Positions 51,750-61,331 of a DNA stretch of 64,000 nt are shown here, piece after piece. The notes beneath the pieces were generated by a model that saw nothing but the letters and a program-made list of their open reading frames with translations, searched no databases and was not told the origin of the DNA. Position 1 is the first letter of the stretch. Each line of letters starts with the position of its first letter. Both the position numbers and the translations under genes were made by a program. This DNA comes from Bryobacterales bacterium (lineage in GTDB: Bacteria > Acidobacteriota > Terriglobia > Bryobacterales > UBA6623), in contig OY729428.2 in the NCBI GenBank assembly GCA_963422375.2, positions 1,440,001-1,504,000 of the forward strand. Reading direction: 5' to 3'.

Positions 51750-52804
51750 CCCTCGCGATCCTTCTGGGCGCCGCGCGGCTGCCGGCGCAGCCCGGGGAGC
51801 CGGTCGTCTTCACGTCCGAGGTGCGCCTCGTGACGCTTCCGGTCACCGTAAAGGACGCGAGCGGCGCTCCGCTCGGCGATCTGGCGCGCGAGGACTTCCA
51901 GATTGTCGAAGAGGGCGAGAGCCGCGAACTCGCCTTCTTCGAGAGGCGCACGGACCGCCTCCTGTCGATGGCGCTGATGCTCGACACGAGCCTGAGCACC
52001 GCCATCGAGCTGCGCTACGAGCGCGAGTCCGCGAGACGCTTCCTGGCCGGCCTGCTCGGCCCCGGCTCGCATCCTGGGGACAGCGCGGCGGTCTTCTCGT
52101 TCTCGGCCGACGTCGAGGCGCTCCAGTGGTTCTCGCGGGATCTCAAGGCGCTTGAGCGGGCGCTCGGCAGGGTGCGCCCGGACACGGGGACCTCGGCCTA
52201 CGACGCCTTCGTGCTGGCTTCGCAGGAGCTGGTCAGCCGGGAAGGCCGTCGCGTCATCGTCGCGATTACCGACGGCGGGGACACGACCAGCCGCTGGACG
52301 TTCGCCGATGCGTTGCGCGCAGCGCACGATGCCGAGGTCGCGATCTACCCCTTGGTCGTCGTGCCGATTCAGGCGGACGCGGGCCGGAACAGGGGCGGGG
52401 AGCACGCCTTGATCACGCTCGCGGCGAAGACCGGCGGCGAGGCGTTCGTGCAGCACGGCGCGCAGGATCTCGACGAGTCGTTCGGCCAGATCCTGCGGAG
52501 CCTGCGCACTCAGTACCTGCTGGGCTTCTACCCGCGCATCGAGGGCTCCGCCTCGAAGGAACTGTTCCGCGATGTCGAGGTCCGCGTGGCGCGCGACGGC
52601 GCCGCGGTATTCTCCCGCTCCGGCTACTACTTCGATCCCGGCGAAGGGACTTCGGGCTCGCGGCGCGCTCCGACGGCCCTGCGCCCGATGCCGGGCACTA
52701 AGGGCCCCACCGAGGATTCCGAGGCTTCCGACAAGGACCGACGCCAAGGCAGGCCGAAGGGCTCGCCCGACGGCAGGCCTAGGCCGGGAATCGTCCGGCC
52801 CTAG
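51704..52804 (+). CDS. VWA domain protein, acidobacterial type
   Basis: LVTLPVTVKD, LDTSLS MIDAS, ITDGGD, TGG, QYLLGF, RSGYY. Start inferred. Confidence 0.88.
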   Translation: MGRVSAARGFAGSSLALAILLGAARLPAQPGEPVVFTSEVRLVTLPVTVKDASGAPLGDLAREDFQIVEEGESRELAFFERRTDRLLSMALMLDTSLSTAIELRYERESARRFLAGLLGPGSHPGDSAAVFSFSADVEALQWFSRDLKALERALGRVRPDTGTSAYDAFVLASQELVSREGRRVIVAITDGGDTTSRWTFADALRAAHDAEVAIYPLVVVPIQADAGRNRGGEHALITLAAKTGGEAFVQHGAQDLDESFGQILRSLRTQYLLGFYPRIEGSASKELFRDVEVRVARDGAAVFSRSGYYFDPGEGTSGSRRAPTALRPMPGTKGPTEDSEASDKDRRQGRPKGSPDGRPRPGIVRP

Positions 52805-52854
52805 CATCGCAAGGCCGCGCGGCCGTACGGGAGTGCGTTGCTAGCCTGAGGGGC

Positions 52855-53685
52855 GTGCCCATGGCCGCGGACGACTACATTCCCTTCGCCACGGAGCTGG
52901 CCCGCGGCGCGGGAGCCATCCTCATGCGCCACTACAGCAACGTGCAGGTCGAGCACAAGGGCCGCTTCGACACCGTAACTGCCGCGGACCGGGCGTCCGA
53001 GCGCTGGCTTGTGGAGAGGATCCGGCTGCGCTTCCCGAATCACTCGGTTGTAGCGGAGGAGGGCGGCGGCTACGACGGCAACTCCGACTTCACCTGGTAC
53101 GTTGACCCGTTGGACGGGACCACCAACTTCGTCCACGGGCTGCCGCGGTTCTGCGTCAGCATAGGGCTTTGGGCCCGCGGGGAGGGGCTCGCGGGCGTGG
53201 CGTACGACCCCACCCGCGACGACCTGTACGCCGCCGAGCGCGGCTCCGGGGCGTACCTCAACCGGCGCCGCATTCGGGTGTCCGGCGAGACGGACCTGTC
53301 GCGCGGGCTCTTCGCGACCGGCTTTCCCAGTTCCATCCGCGACACCAATCCGAACCTCCACTACTTCCACCAGGTCGCGACGTGCAGCCACGGTGTCCGG
53401 CGGACTGGGTCGGCGGCGCTCGATCTGTGCTCGGTAGCGCAGGGCCACTTCGACGGCTTCTGGGAAATCGGACTCAAGCCGTGGGATGTCGGGGCAGGCC
53501 TGGTCGTGCTGTCCGAGGCCGGAGGGCAATTCTGCGATTTCGAGGGGCGGAGGTACAGACCCGGCGCCGGGCGCTTGGTTGCGACCAACGGCAAGCTGAC
53601 AGGGGCGCTGCTCGACCTGCTCGCGGAGGTGTCGCGCGGCGGAGGCCGTGTTCCGGTCCCCGCGTTGCAGGGCGGCGGCCGATAG
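52855..53685 (+). CDS. suhB: Inositol monophosphatase family protein
   Basis: VTAAD, AEE, DPLDGTTNF, GSAALDL, WDVGAG. Confidence 0.92.
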   Translation: MPMAADDYIPFATELARGAGAILMRHYSNVQVEHKGRFDTVTAADRASERWLVERIRLRFPNHSVVAEEGGGYDGNSDFTWYVDPLDGTTNFVHGLPRFCVSIGLWARGEGLAGVAYDPTRDDLYAAERGSGAYLNRRRIRVSGETDLSRGLFATGFPSSIRDTNPNLHYFHQVATCSHGVRRTGSAALDLCSVAQGHFDGFWEIGLKPWDVGAGLVVLSEAGGQFCDFEGRRYRPGAGRLVATNGKLTGALLDLLAEVSRGGGRVPVPALQGGGR

Positions 53686-54085
53686 GGTCGCTCGTTTCGT
53701 ACCTTGATTTCCTGCTGGATCGATCCGGATGAATGTCACTGGTCGGGCAGGCCGAGTTGCGGCCAACTTCCGCGGTGGTGACGCGCCCGTAGCGGAGATG
53801 CCCTCGCGCTTGAGTCCGACCCCGAATGCGGCGCCACCTGAACGGGCCCGTGTCGCGTAGAGCCGCGGAACCCGTGCCGCCCTCTCCTCTGCCTGCCGCC
53901 GGGACGGTCGGCTCCGCCTTTCGGATGGCCCGGTACCGGAGGAAGCGCCGCTGCGGCACGCGCCCGCACGTTCCGCCCGTGCCCTCACCAAGGCCGTGAG
54001 GCCACGAGCGGTCTAGCCTGAGCCTGCCGATTCCGGCGCGGTTCCGGATGAAGCCAATCGGTTCCCGGGGGAGAGAGAAAGGAAA

Positions 54086-55573
54086 GGGAATTATATATCT
54101 GAGTGCCGAGGGAATCAAGTAGGCAAATTATCAAGCCATAATAAGATTTCATATTTCTTCCGACTTTCCGTTGACATTCTGTGGTGTTTATTGGTAGAAT
54201 AGTTCCAGTATGAGATACCGTAAATGAAGAAATAAGGTCCCGGAAAGTGGTTCCGTAAAGGCATCACATTGATCGAAGTGATCGCCATGTTCCCCGATGA
54301 CGAATCCGCGGAAAGATGGTTCGCCTCCATGCGCTGGCCGGACGGTCCCGCGTGCCCCCGCTGCCGCGGCTCCAGCGTGCAGTCCGACGCGGCCCACCCT
54401 TCGATGCCGTACCGTTGCCGCGGCTGCGGCAAGCGCTTTTCGGTGCGCACCGGCAGCGTGATGGCCGAAACCGAGCTCGGCTACCGCACCCGGGCCGTGG
54501 CCCTGTTCCTGCTGACCACCGGCATCAAGGGCGTCTCGAGCATGAAGCTGCACCGCGACCCGGGCATCAGCCGGAAGTCGGCCTGGCACCTGGCGCACCG
54601 CATCCGCGCGTGCCGGGAGCGGGATCGGGGCCTGTTCGCCGGCCCGGTGGAGGTGGACGAGACCTACGTCGGCGGCAAGGAACGCAACAAGCACGAGAGG
54701 AAGAAGGCCCGTGCCGGGCGCGGGACCGCGCCACGAACGCAGTGGCCGCGCGGCCGCTGCCGGGCACCGCCAAGGGCGACCTGCAGGGCTTCGTGCGCGG
54801 CCGCGTCGCGCCGGGGGCGCAGCTCTACTCCGACGAGGCGGCGGCCTACGCCGGCATGGCGGAGTTCGCGCACGAAGCCGTCAGGCACTCCGGCGGCGAG
54901 TACGTGCGCGGGGCAGCGCATACGAACGGCATCGAATCGTTTGGGTCCCTGTTCGAGCGCGGCCTGTACGGAACCTATCACCGGATGAGCGTCCGTCATC
55001 TCGGCCGCTACCTCACGGAGTTCGCGGGACGGCGCAACGACCGCGACTGCGACACGGCGGAACGGATGCGGCGCATGGCGCGGGGCTTGGTCGGCCGGAC
55101 GCTGACCTGCCGGCAGCTGACCGGCAAGGCCGCGGTCGCGGCCTGAGCGGCGCCCGCCGCGCTGAGCGCGGCAGCCCGCTGCGGGCGCGCTCTTCACGCT
55201 CGGTGCGCTTCACGCTCGGTACGAGGGGCGCACCGGATGCGGAATGCCCCGGCGCGACCCCGGTCCGGCCCGGACCGTCCATGCAGGCCGTCGAGCGCCG
55301 GGGATCCGCTGTCTTCGGCCCTCGCAGGGCTTGCAAGGCGTGCCCTGCCACCGCCAACCGGGTTCCAGCGGGGCAACCGGGGCAGGCGAGGCGGCCTCTC
55401 TAGTCCCTTCCTCGTCCAATCCGCTGGCAGGCTCGATTCAGATACGATCCCACCCCCCACCCCTCTGTGCCCGCCGCGGCCGCACTCGAATGACCCGAGC
55501 TCGACACCGATCTCCCTGCTCAGAGCAGTTCTAGTCGGACATGGCGTTGTCGGCACTCAGATATATAATTCCC
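54086..55573 (+). mobile_element. IS1595-family element
   Basis: Perfect 24-bp TIR GGGAATTATATATCTGAGTGCCGA; 8-bp TSD AAAGGAAA (54078-54085 / 55574-55581). Confidence 0.93.
54223..55146 (+). pseudogene. IS1595 (ISXO2-like) transposase with early stop and frameshift
   Basis: RWPDGPACPRC...YRCRGC Zn ribbon and VEVDETY in one frame; YSDE, HTNGIES and RYLTEF in another after ~54725; TAA at codon 4. Confidence 0.9.
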
Positions 55574-56092
55574 AAAGGAAAGCGTGTTCGGTGTCGGCTT
55601 GGGAAAATCGAGGAAACCGGAGAATATGCAGGGATGCGCACATTCAACACCACCGGCCCGGTACTGGCGGATAGGCACTACTGCATCCCGCGGCTGAGCC
55701 GCGTGAATCTCGGCGAGGTGCTGGACTTGATTCGCCGGGAGAAGTATTTCCTGCTGCATGCGCCGCGACAGACGGGCAAGACCTCGGCGCGTATGGCCCT
55801 GCGCGACCTGCTCAGCGGAGGCTCGGCGGGAAACTGCCGCTGCCTCTACTGAGGGGCGTAAAAGTCTTTTCGGATCGGCCAGGCCAGAATGTACTGGCAA
55901 CTGGGTTCCCAAGCAGTCTGCTAAGAAGGAGGCCTTCCAAATTCGAGTACGCAATATACTGTGTAGATAGTTACGGTATATCACAATATACAGGCCTAAG
56001 TTCGAGAATTCAAGACTCTATATCTGGGCTGCTATGATGACAGCCTGAACGGAATTTGACTGAGTATGGCCCGTATCTTTGGAAAAGATTTT

Positions 56093-58374
56093 CCTGATTA
56101 CCAACGAACGTCAGGCGAGGATATGCTATACTGAAGGAGGTCGGAAATCTCTGACAGGAAAGGGGCTAGCAGCTGAAACGCAATCGCGTGCAATGCCAGA
56201 AGGGACTCAGCCTGGGCAAGTTCCTGCAGCGCTACGGCAGCGAGGGGCCATGCGAGCAGGCCGTCTTCAACGCCCGCTGCCCGGAGTGCGGCTCCCGCCG
56301 GCACTGCCGCATCCGCTCCCGCAAGCTCTGGCAGTGCCATGCCTGCCACCGCCGGACCTCCCTCGTCGCCGGCACGATCTTCGCCGCCACCCAGCTGCCG
56401 CTGACCGTCCGGTTCCTGGCGCTCCACCTGCTGACGCAGGGCCAGCACGGCGTTTCGTCGCTGGAACTGGCGCGGCAGCTGGGAGTCAGCCGGAACACGG
56501 CCTGGAAGACACGGCCTGGAAGGTGCAGCACAAGCTCCTGCCAGTGCTGAAGGAGCGCGACGAGCGCGTGCCGCCGGGCGGCAGCGTGCAAGTGGACGAC
56601 GCCTGCTGGGGCGGGGAGCGGGCCGGCGGCAAGCGCGGGCGGGGCGCGGCGGGCAAGACGCCGTTCGTCGCCGCCGTGCAGGTCAGCGCCGCCGGCCAGC
56701 CGGCAAGGATGCGCCTGAGCAGCGTGGCGGGCTTGCGCAAGAAGACGCTGGCAGCGTGGGCCGGGCGGCACTTGCAGCCCGGCACGGAGGTGCATTCCGA
56801 CGGCCCGGCCTGCTTGCGGGGCGTGGCCGGCGCCGGCTGCGAGCACGTGCCGACCGTCACCGGAGGCGGGCAGCGGAGCTGCGGGGATTCCCGCTTCGTC
56901 CGGGTCAACACGATGCTGGCGCACGTCAAGCGGTCCCTGGCGGGAACCTGCCATGCGCTCGACGGCAAGCACCTGCCGCGCTACCTCGCCGAGTTCCGCT
57001 ACCGCTTCAACCGCCGCTACGACCTGGAGGCGCTGGTCCCCCGCCTGCTCCACGCCTCCGTGCGCACCCCGCCCCTTCCTTAGGGCTTTGATCGATATTA
57101 AGTTTCCAACTTCATCGTGGATGTAGTTCGTAGTTCCAATCACCGTGGAACTCGTTCCGATGGAGCGACAGGGCGTCCATCTCCGCCTTCGTTACTGCCT
57201 CACCGGTCGGGTACTTTCTATTGTCAAGTTTGGCTTTGACCCGAAGGCCGGCGGCTGTGCGCGTACCGCCGATCAAGTCGACAACGGTCTCAAATGTACG
57301 CAGTGGCTTGCCTCGCCAATTCTGCGTGACGTGGCAGAACAGGCGGTGCTCAATCTTATGCCATGGACTGGTCCCCAGGCGCGAGAGCGATACCCGTTGC
57401 TACCGCCCGCATCGGCAGCGATGAACAGCTCGCCAGCCTCGGGGTAGCGGCGCTTCCCCGTCTCGTTCCACCACCGTCGCAGCGAGGCCGCGGCAAACGC
57501 GGGCGTGCCGTGATCACGTCCGACATGCACCCAGGCTTCGTTGCGCCCCATGTCATGGATGCCATACGGCATCGCTTTGCCGGACGAGTCCTTGGGAAAA
57601 TCATGCACCAGTGATTTCCCGGGGCTCCCCTTCGGTTGCCATGCCCGCCCGCCGTTCTTGAATTCACCCGCCAGTTCCTTCTTCTCGGTGTCGACCGAGA
57701 CCACTGGCTGACAACGTTGCGGGAAATCATCCGCCTTCGTATGGATGTGCTCGAACTGCGCGTCCCGGTCGGGGCGGGTTGTCCCTTCGAGACTCTTGCG
57801 CACCGATTGCAGGCTGCAGCCAAGCTCGTGCAGTGAACGGCTCGCCGTCGTCGAACTCACCTGCCAACCCGCCTGCGACAACGCCGCCTGCGACAACGCC
57901 GCGGTGAGCTTCGCCCGACTCTTGCATGTCCAGCGCAACGGCGACTCCGGGTCACCGCGCGTCAACGGGTCGACCAGCTTCTCCAGCGCTTGCTCGATGC
58001 CCGGCCGCGACTGCTCGATGCCGGGCCGGGCGGCGCCCGGGCGGCGTATCCGACCGCGTTCAACACTGCCGGATTCCAGCTCTCGACGCCCCGCGCGGAT
58101 GGCGCGGATGGTCGGGCGCGACAACCCAGTCGCGTCCGATACCAGCGCATCTCCCCCATACCCGATGGCACGCGACTCCGTCGCCGCCCATAGCCGACGC
58201 CCGCGCTCGTCGAGAAACGCTTCGACCGCCGCGTACTGCTCAACAATTGTCGCTTCGAGTTCAAGATTGCGTCTCATCGGATGATGAGAACACAAAACTC
58301 AGAACATGGAAATCTGATTTCCGACAACGCCCTTACCGCCTCCTAACCTTGGCTGAGTCTTGTGGGTAATCGGG
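56093..58374 (+). mobile_element. Second IS1595-family element (~1.03 kb net); transposase pseudogene 56173-58369 split by ISAzo13
   Basis: Ends CCTGATTACC / GGTAATCGGG; 8-bp TSD AAGATTTT / AAGACTTT; VQ.QKGLSL, Zn ribbon, QVDD, GKRGRG..GK.PF, YRFNRR; C-terminus YRLLTLAESCG* resumes at 58333. Confidence 0.88.
57083..58332 (-). mobile_element. ISAzo13-family element; transposase pseudogene 57112-58277 with internal deletion
   Basis: TTA TSD (57080-82 / 58333-35); GGGC..TG ends; LDERGRRLWAA, GDPESPLRWT, SVDT.KKE and GGSNG, then KIEHRLF...FHGDWNY in another frame. Confidence 0.88.
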
Positions 58375-59999
58375 AAGACTTTTGCGCCTCTCAGTATGTG
58401 ACAGTCGAGGGCGCGTCGGTCTATAGGGACGGCATAGCGGATGCGATGCGGTCCATCCTGAGCGTGCTGGCCCTGCAGGCATGGGCCGCGCTGCGAGATA
58501 ACTTTGCGCTGCGAGACAACTTTGTCGAGGGGATCTGGCGCCAGGCGCTCCGCGACTACAGCGCCGACGCTGCACTCTCCTTGGTGCTCGGGCGCTGGGC
58601 CGCGGCCAACCCGCGGCCGCTGGTGCTGTTGTTCGATGAGATCGACGCCCTGCAAGGCGACGCTCTTCTGTCGGTGCTGCGGCAATTGCGCAGTGGATAC
58701 CTGATGCGTCCTCAGCCGTTCCCGCAGAGCATCGTGCTGTGCGGGATGCGGGACCTACGCGACTACCGCATCGAGTCGAAGTCCGCCGGCGGGGTGGTGG
58801 CCAGTCCCTTCAATGTCAGCGCGAAGTCGCTCCGGCTGGGAGACTTCTCCCGAGAGGAAGTGGCCCAGCTGCTTGGCCAGCACACCGCCGAGACACGGCA
58901 GGAGTTCGACCCCGGCGCGGTGGAGCGGGTGTGGACGCAGACGCAGGGCCAGCCGTGGCTCGTGAACGCCCTCTGCGACGGGGCCTGCTTCGAGGCTGGC
59001 CAGCTGCGATTCCCCCGCCGCTCGATCAACGAGGCCGACATCCTGCAAGCGCAGGAGGATCTGATCCAGCAGCGGTCGGTGCATATCGACCAGCTGGCAG
59101 ACAAGCTGAGAGACGAACGCGTCCGGCGCGTGATCGAGCCGATTCTGGCAGGCAAGCCCCACCGCAGTTCGGAGCTCCGCGACTTGGAGTACGTTAGGGA
59201 CCTAGGCCTCGTGGCGCGGGCTAGATCCCCTCGCATTGCGAATCCGATCTACGCCGAAGTCGTGCCGCGGGAGCGCACTGCCGACACGCAGGAGGACCTG
59301 GACCAAGACCTGGCATGGTATGTGCGCTCGGGGGGCGGACTGGACGCGCCCAAGCTGCTGGCAGCATTCCAGGAATTCTTCCGACAGCACTCGGAGCATT
59401 GGATCGAGCGCTTCCAGTACAAGGAGGCCGGTCCGCAGCTGCTGCTGCAGGCGTATCTGCAGCGGTTGGTGAATGGCGGCGGCCGCATCGAGCGGGAGTA
59501 CGGGCTAGGGCGTGGTCGCACGGACCTGCTGGTAGTCTGGCCAATGGGAGAGCGAACCGAGAGGTACGTGATCGAGTGCAAGCTCCTGCACGGAAGCTTG
59601 GAGCGCGCGATCCGCGACGGAATCGAGCAAACGGCCGGGTATATGGACCGCTGCGCGGCGGACTCCGGGCATCTGGTGATCTTCGACCGGCGCGCGAGGC
59701 CCTGGGAAAGCATGGTATTTCGGCGGCGCGAGGAATCTCCCGCCGGGCCCGTGGATGTCTGGGGCATGTGACCGGGTCTCGCGGGCCCGCCTGCCGCCAG
59801 CATGTATCGTGGCCCGTTCGCGCGCGGCCCGCTCCCAAGAACGGGATGAGGTCGCTCTGAAACATTCGGCACCCACTTTGTATGCCAACGCTGCGTCGAG
59901 TGTGGTATTCTTAGCAGTTCTGTGCGGGATTCCTGCACCGTCGCCCGGGTCGCGTACCTGCGCGAGGTGGGCGATCGGGGTATGCGGGAGGCTCGGTAA

Positions 60000-61316
60000 G
60001 TGAATATGGATCGTATCGTAGACCTGATTCGGAGCAAGCGGCGTGGCGAGGAAATTGCACTCGAGGACTTCGAGCGCCTGATCAACGGGTTCGCGTTGAA
60101 CGAGATTCCGGACGCCCAGCTGAGCGCTTTCCTCATGGCGGGCGTGTGCAACGGCTTCAGTCCCGACGAATCGACGTCACTGACTTCCGCCATGCTCCGC
60201 TGCGGGGAGCAGCTGGACCTGTCCGGGCTCGCCAAGAGCAAGGTGGACTGCTACTCCACGGGCGGCGTTGGCGACAAGGTTCCGCTGGTCGCGGCTCCCG
60301 TCGCGGCGGCCGCGGGGGTCGCCGTACCGATGATCGTGGAGGGCGGCACGGGGCACGTGATCGGAACGCTGGACAAGCTCCATGCGATCCCGGGGTTCCG
60401 CACCGCGCTCGAGGTCACGGACTTCGTCGACCTGGTCGCGGAGTATGGTCTGGCGTTCGCGGAGCAGAGCAACGCGCTGGCGCCGGCGGACAAGCGCCTC
60501 TACGAGCTGCGCAATGCCACCGCGACGGTCGACTCGCTCGAGTTGATCGCCGCCTCGGCGATGTCGAAGAAGCTGGCCGAAGATCTGGACAGCCTGATCA
60601 TCGACGTCAAGGTCAGCCACGGGTCGCTGCTGTCCGGGCGCACGGAGGCCCGCAGGCTAGCGCAGCAGCTGATCGCCATCGGGCGCAAGCTTGGCGTCAA
60701 GGTCCAGGCGATGCTGACGGACATGGAGCAGCCGCTGGGATTCACTGTCGGCAACGCCTTGGAAATCATGGAGGTGGCCCAAACCCTACAAGGGCAGGGG
60801 CCTCCCGACCTCGCCGGCCTGTCGGCCGAGATTGCCGCGCGGATGATCTTCCTCTCAGACAGCAGCATCTCGATCGAGAGCGCGCGGGACGCCGCGAACG
60901 GCGCGATGCAGGACGGGTCGGCCTTGGATGTCCTAGGCAACGTAATCGCCGCCCAGGGCGGCGACCGGGAGGTGCTCGTGGACTTCGCCAAGCTCCCGGT
61001 GCCGCAGGCGGAGCTGCCCATCACGTCGCCTCGCGACGGCTACGTCAGCCGCATCAGCGTGGAGGAAATCGGCAGGGCCGCCGTGCTGCTCGGAGCCGGG
61101 CGAACGGAGCCCGGCGACAAGCTCGATCCGGCCGTGGGGGTTGTGCTCGAAGCGAAGGTCGGACAGCAGGTGTTCGACAACACGCGCCTGTGCGCTCTCT
61201 ACTACAACGACGACACGAACATCGAGGAGGCGCAGCAGCTTGTCGAAGACGCCTTCCGCATCTCTACGCAGGAGCCGGCACCGCGCGATCTGGTGATCGA
61301 CCTGATCCAGGGCTGA
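60000..61316 (+). CDS. Thymidine/pyrimidine-nucleoside phosphorylase family protein with altered active-site motifs
   Basis: STGGVGDK, GTLDKL, LAPADKRLY, MSKKLAE, DVK, TDMEQPLG..VGNALE, LGAGR. Confidence 0.85.
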   Translation: MNMDRIVDLIRSKRRGEEIALEDFERLINGFALNEIPDAQLSAFLMAGVCNGFSPDESTSLTSAMLRCGEQLDLSGLAKSKVDCYSTGGVGDKVPLVAAPVAAAAGVAVPMIVEGGTGHVIGTLDKLHAIPGFRTALEVTDFVDLVAEYGLAFAEQSNALAPADKRLYELRNATATVDSLELIAASAMSKKLAEDLDSLIIDVKVSHGSLLSGRTEARRLAQQLIAIGRKLGVKVQAMLTDMEQPLGFTVGNALEIMEVAQTLQGQGPPDLAGLSAEIAARMIFLSDSSISIESARDAANGAMQDGSALDVLGNVIAAQGGDREVLVDFAKLPVPQAELPITSPRDGYVSRISVEEIGRAAVLLGAGRTEPGDKLDPAVGVVLEAKVGQQVFDNTRLCALYYNDDTNIEEAQQLVEDAFRISTQEPAPRDLVIDLIQG

Positions 61317-61331
61317 CGCCCCCGGCCTGCG

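Larger units (their letters stand above)
55849..58394. mobile_element. MITE B (256 bp net), TA TSD, hosting nested IS
   Basis: TIR CTGAGGGGCGTAAAAGTCTT vs reverse complement CTGAGAGGCGCAAAAGTCTT; TA at 55847-48 and 58395-96. Confidence 0.85.
55634..59771 (+). pseudogene. P-loop ATPase (AAA-like) plus C-terminal PD-(D/E)XK nuclease gene, split by nested insertions at 55849-58396
   Basis: 5' part MRTFNTTGP...HAPRQTGKT; 3' part LLFDEID, TQGQPWLVN, GRTDL...VIECK. Removing the insert and one TA restores RCLYVTVEG in frame. Confidence 0.9.

Noticed and set aside
57145..57447. 100-aa plus-strand ORF
   Set aside because: Antisense shadow of the ISAzo13 transposase C-terminus.
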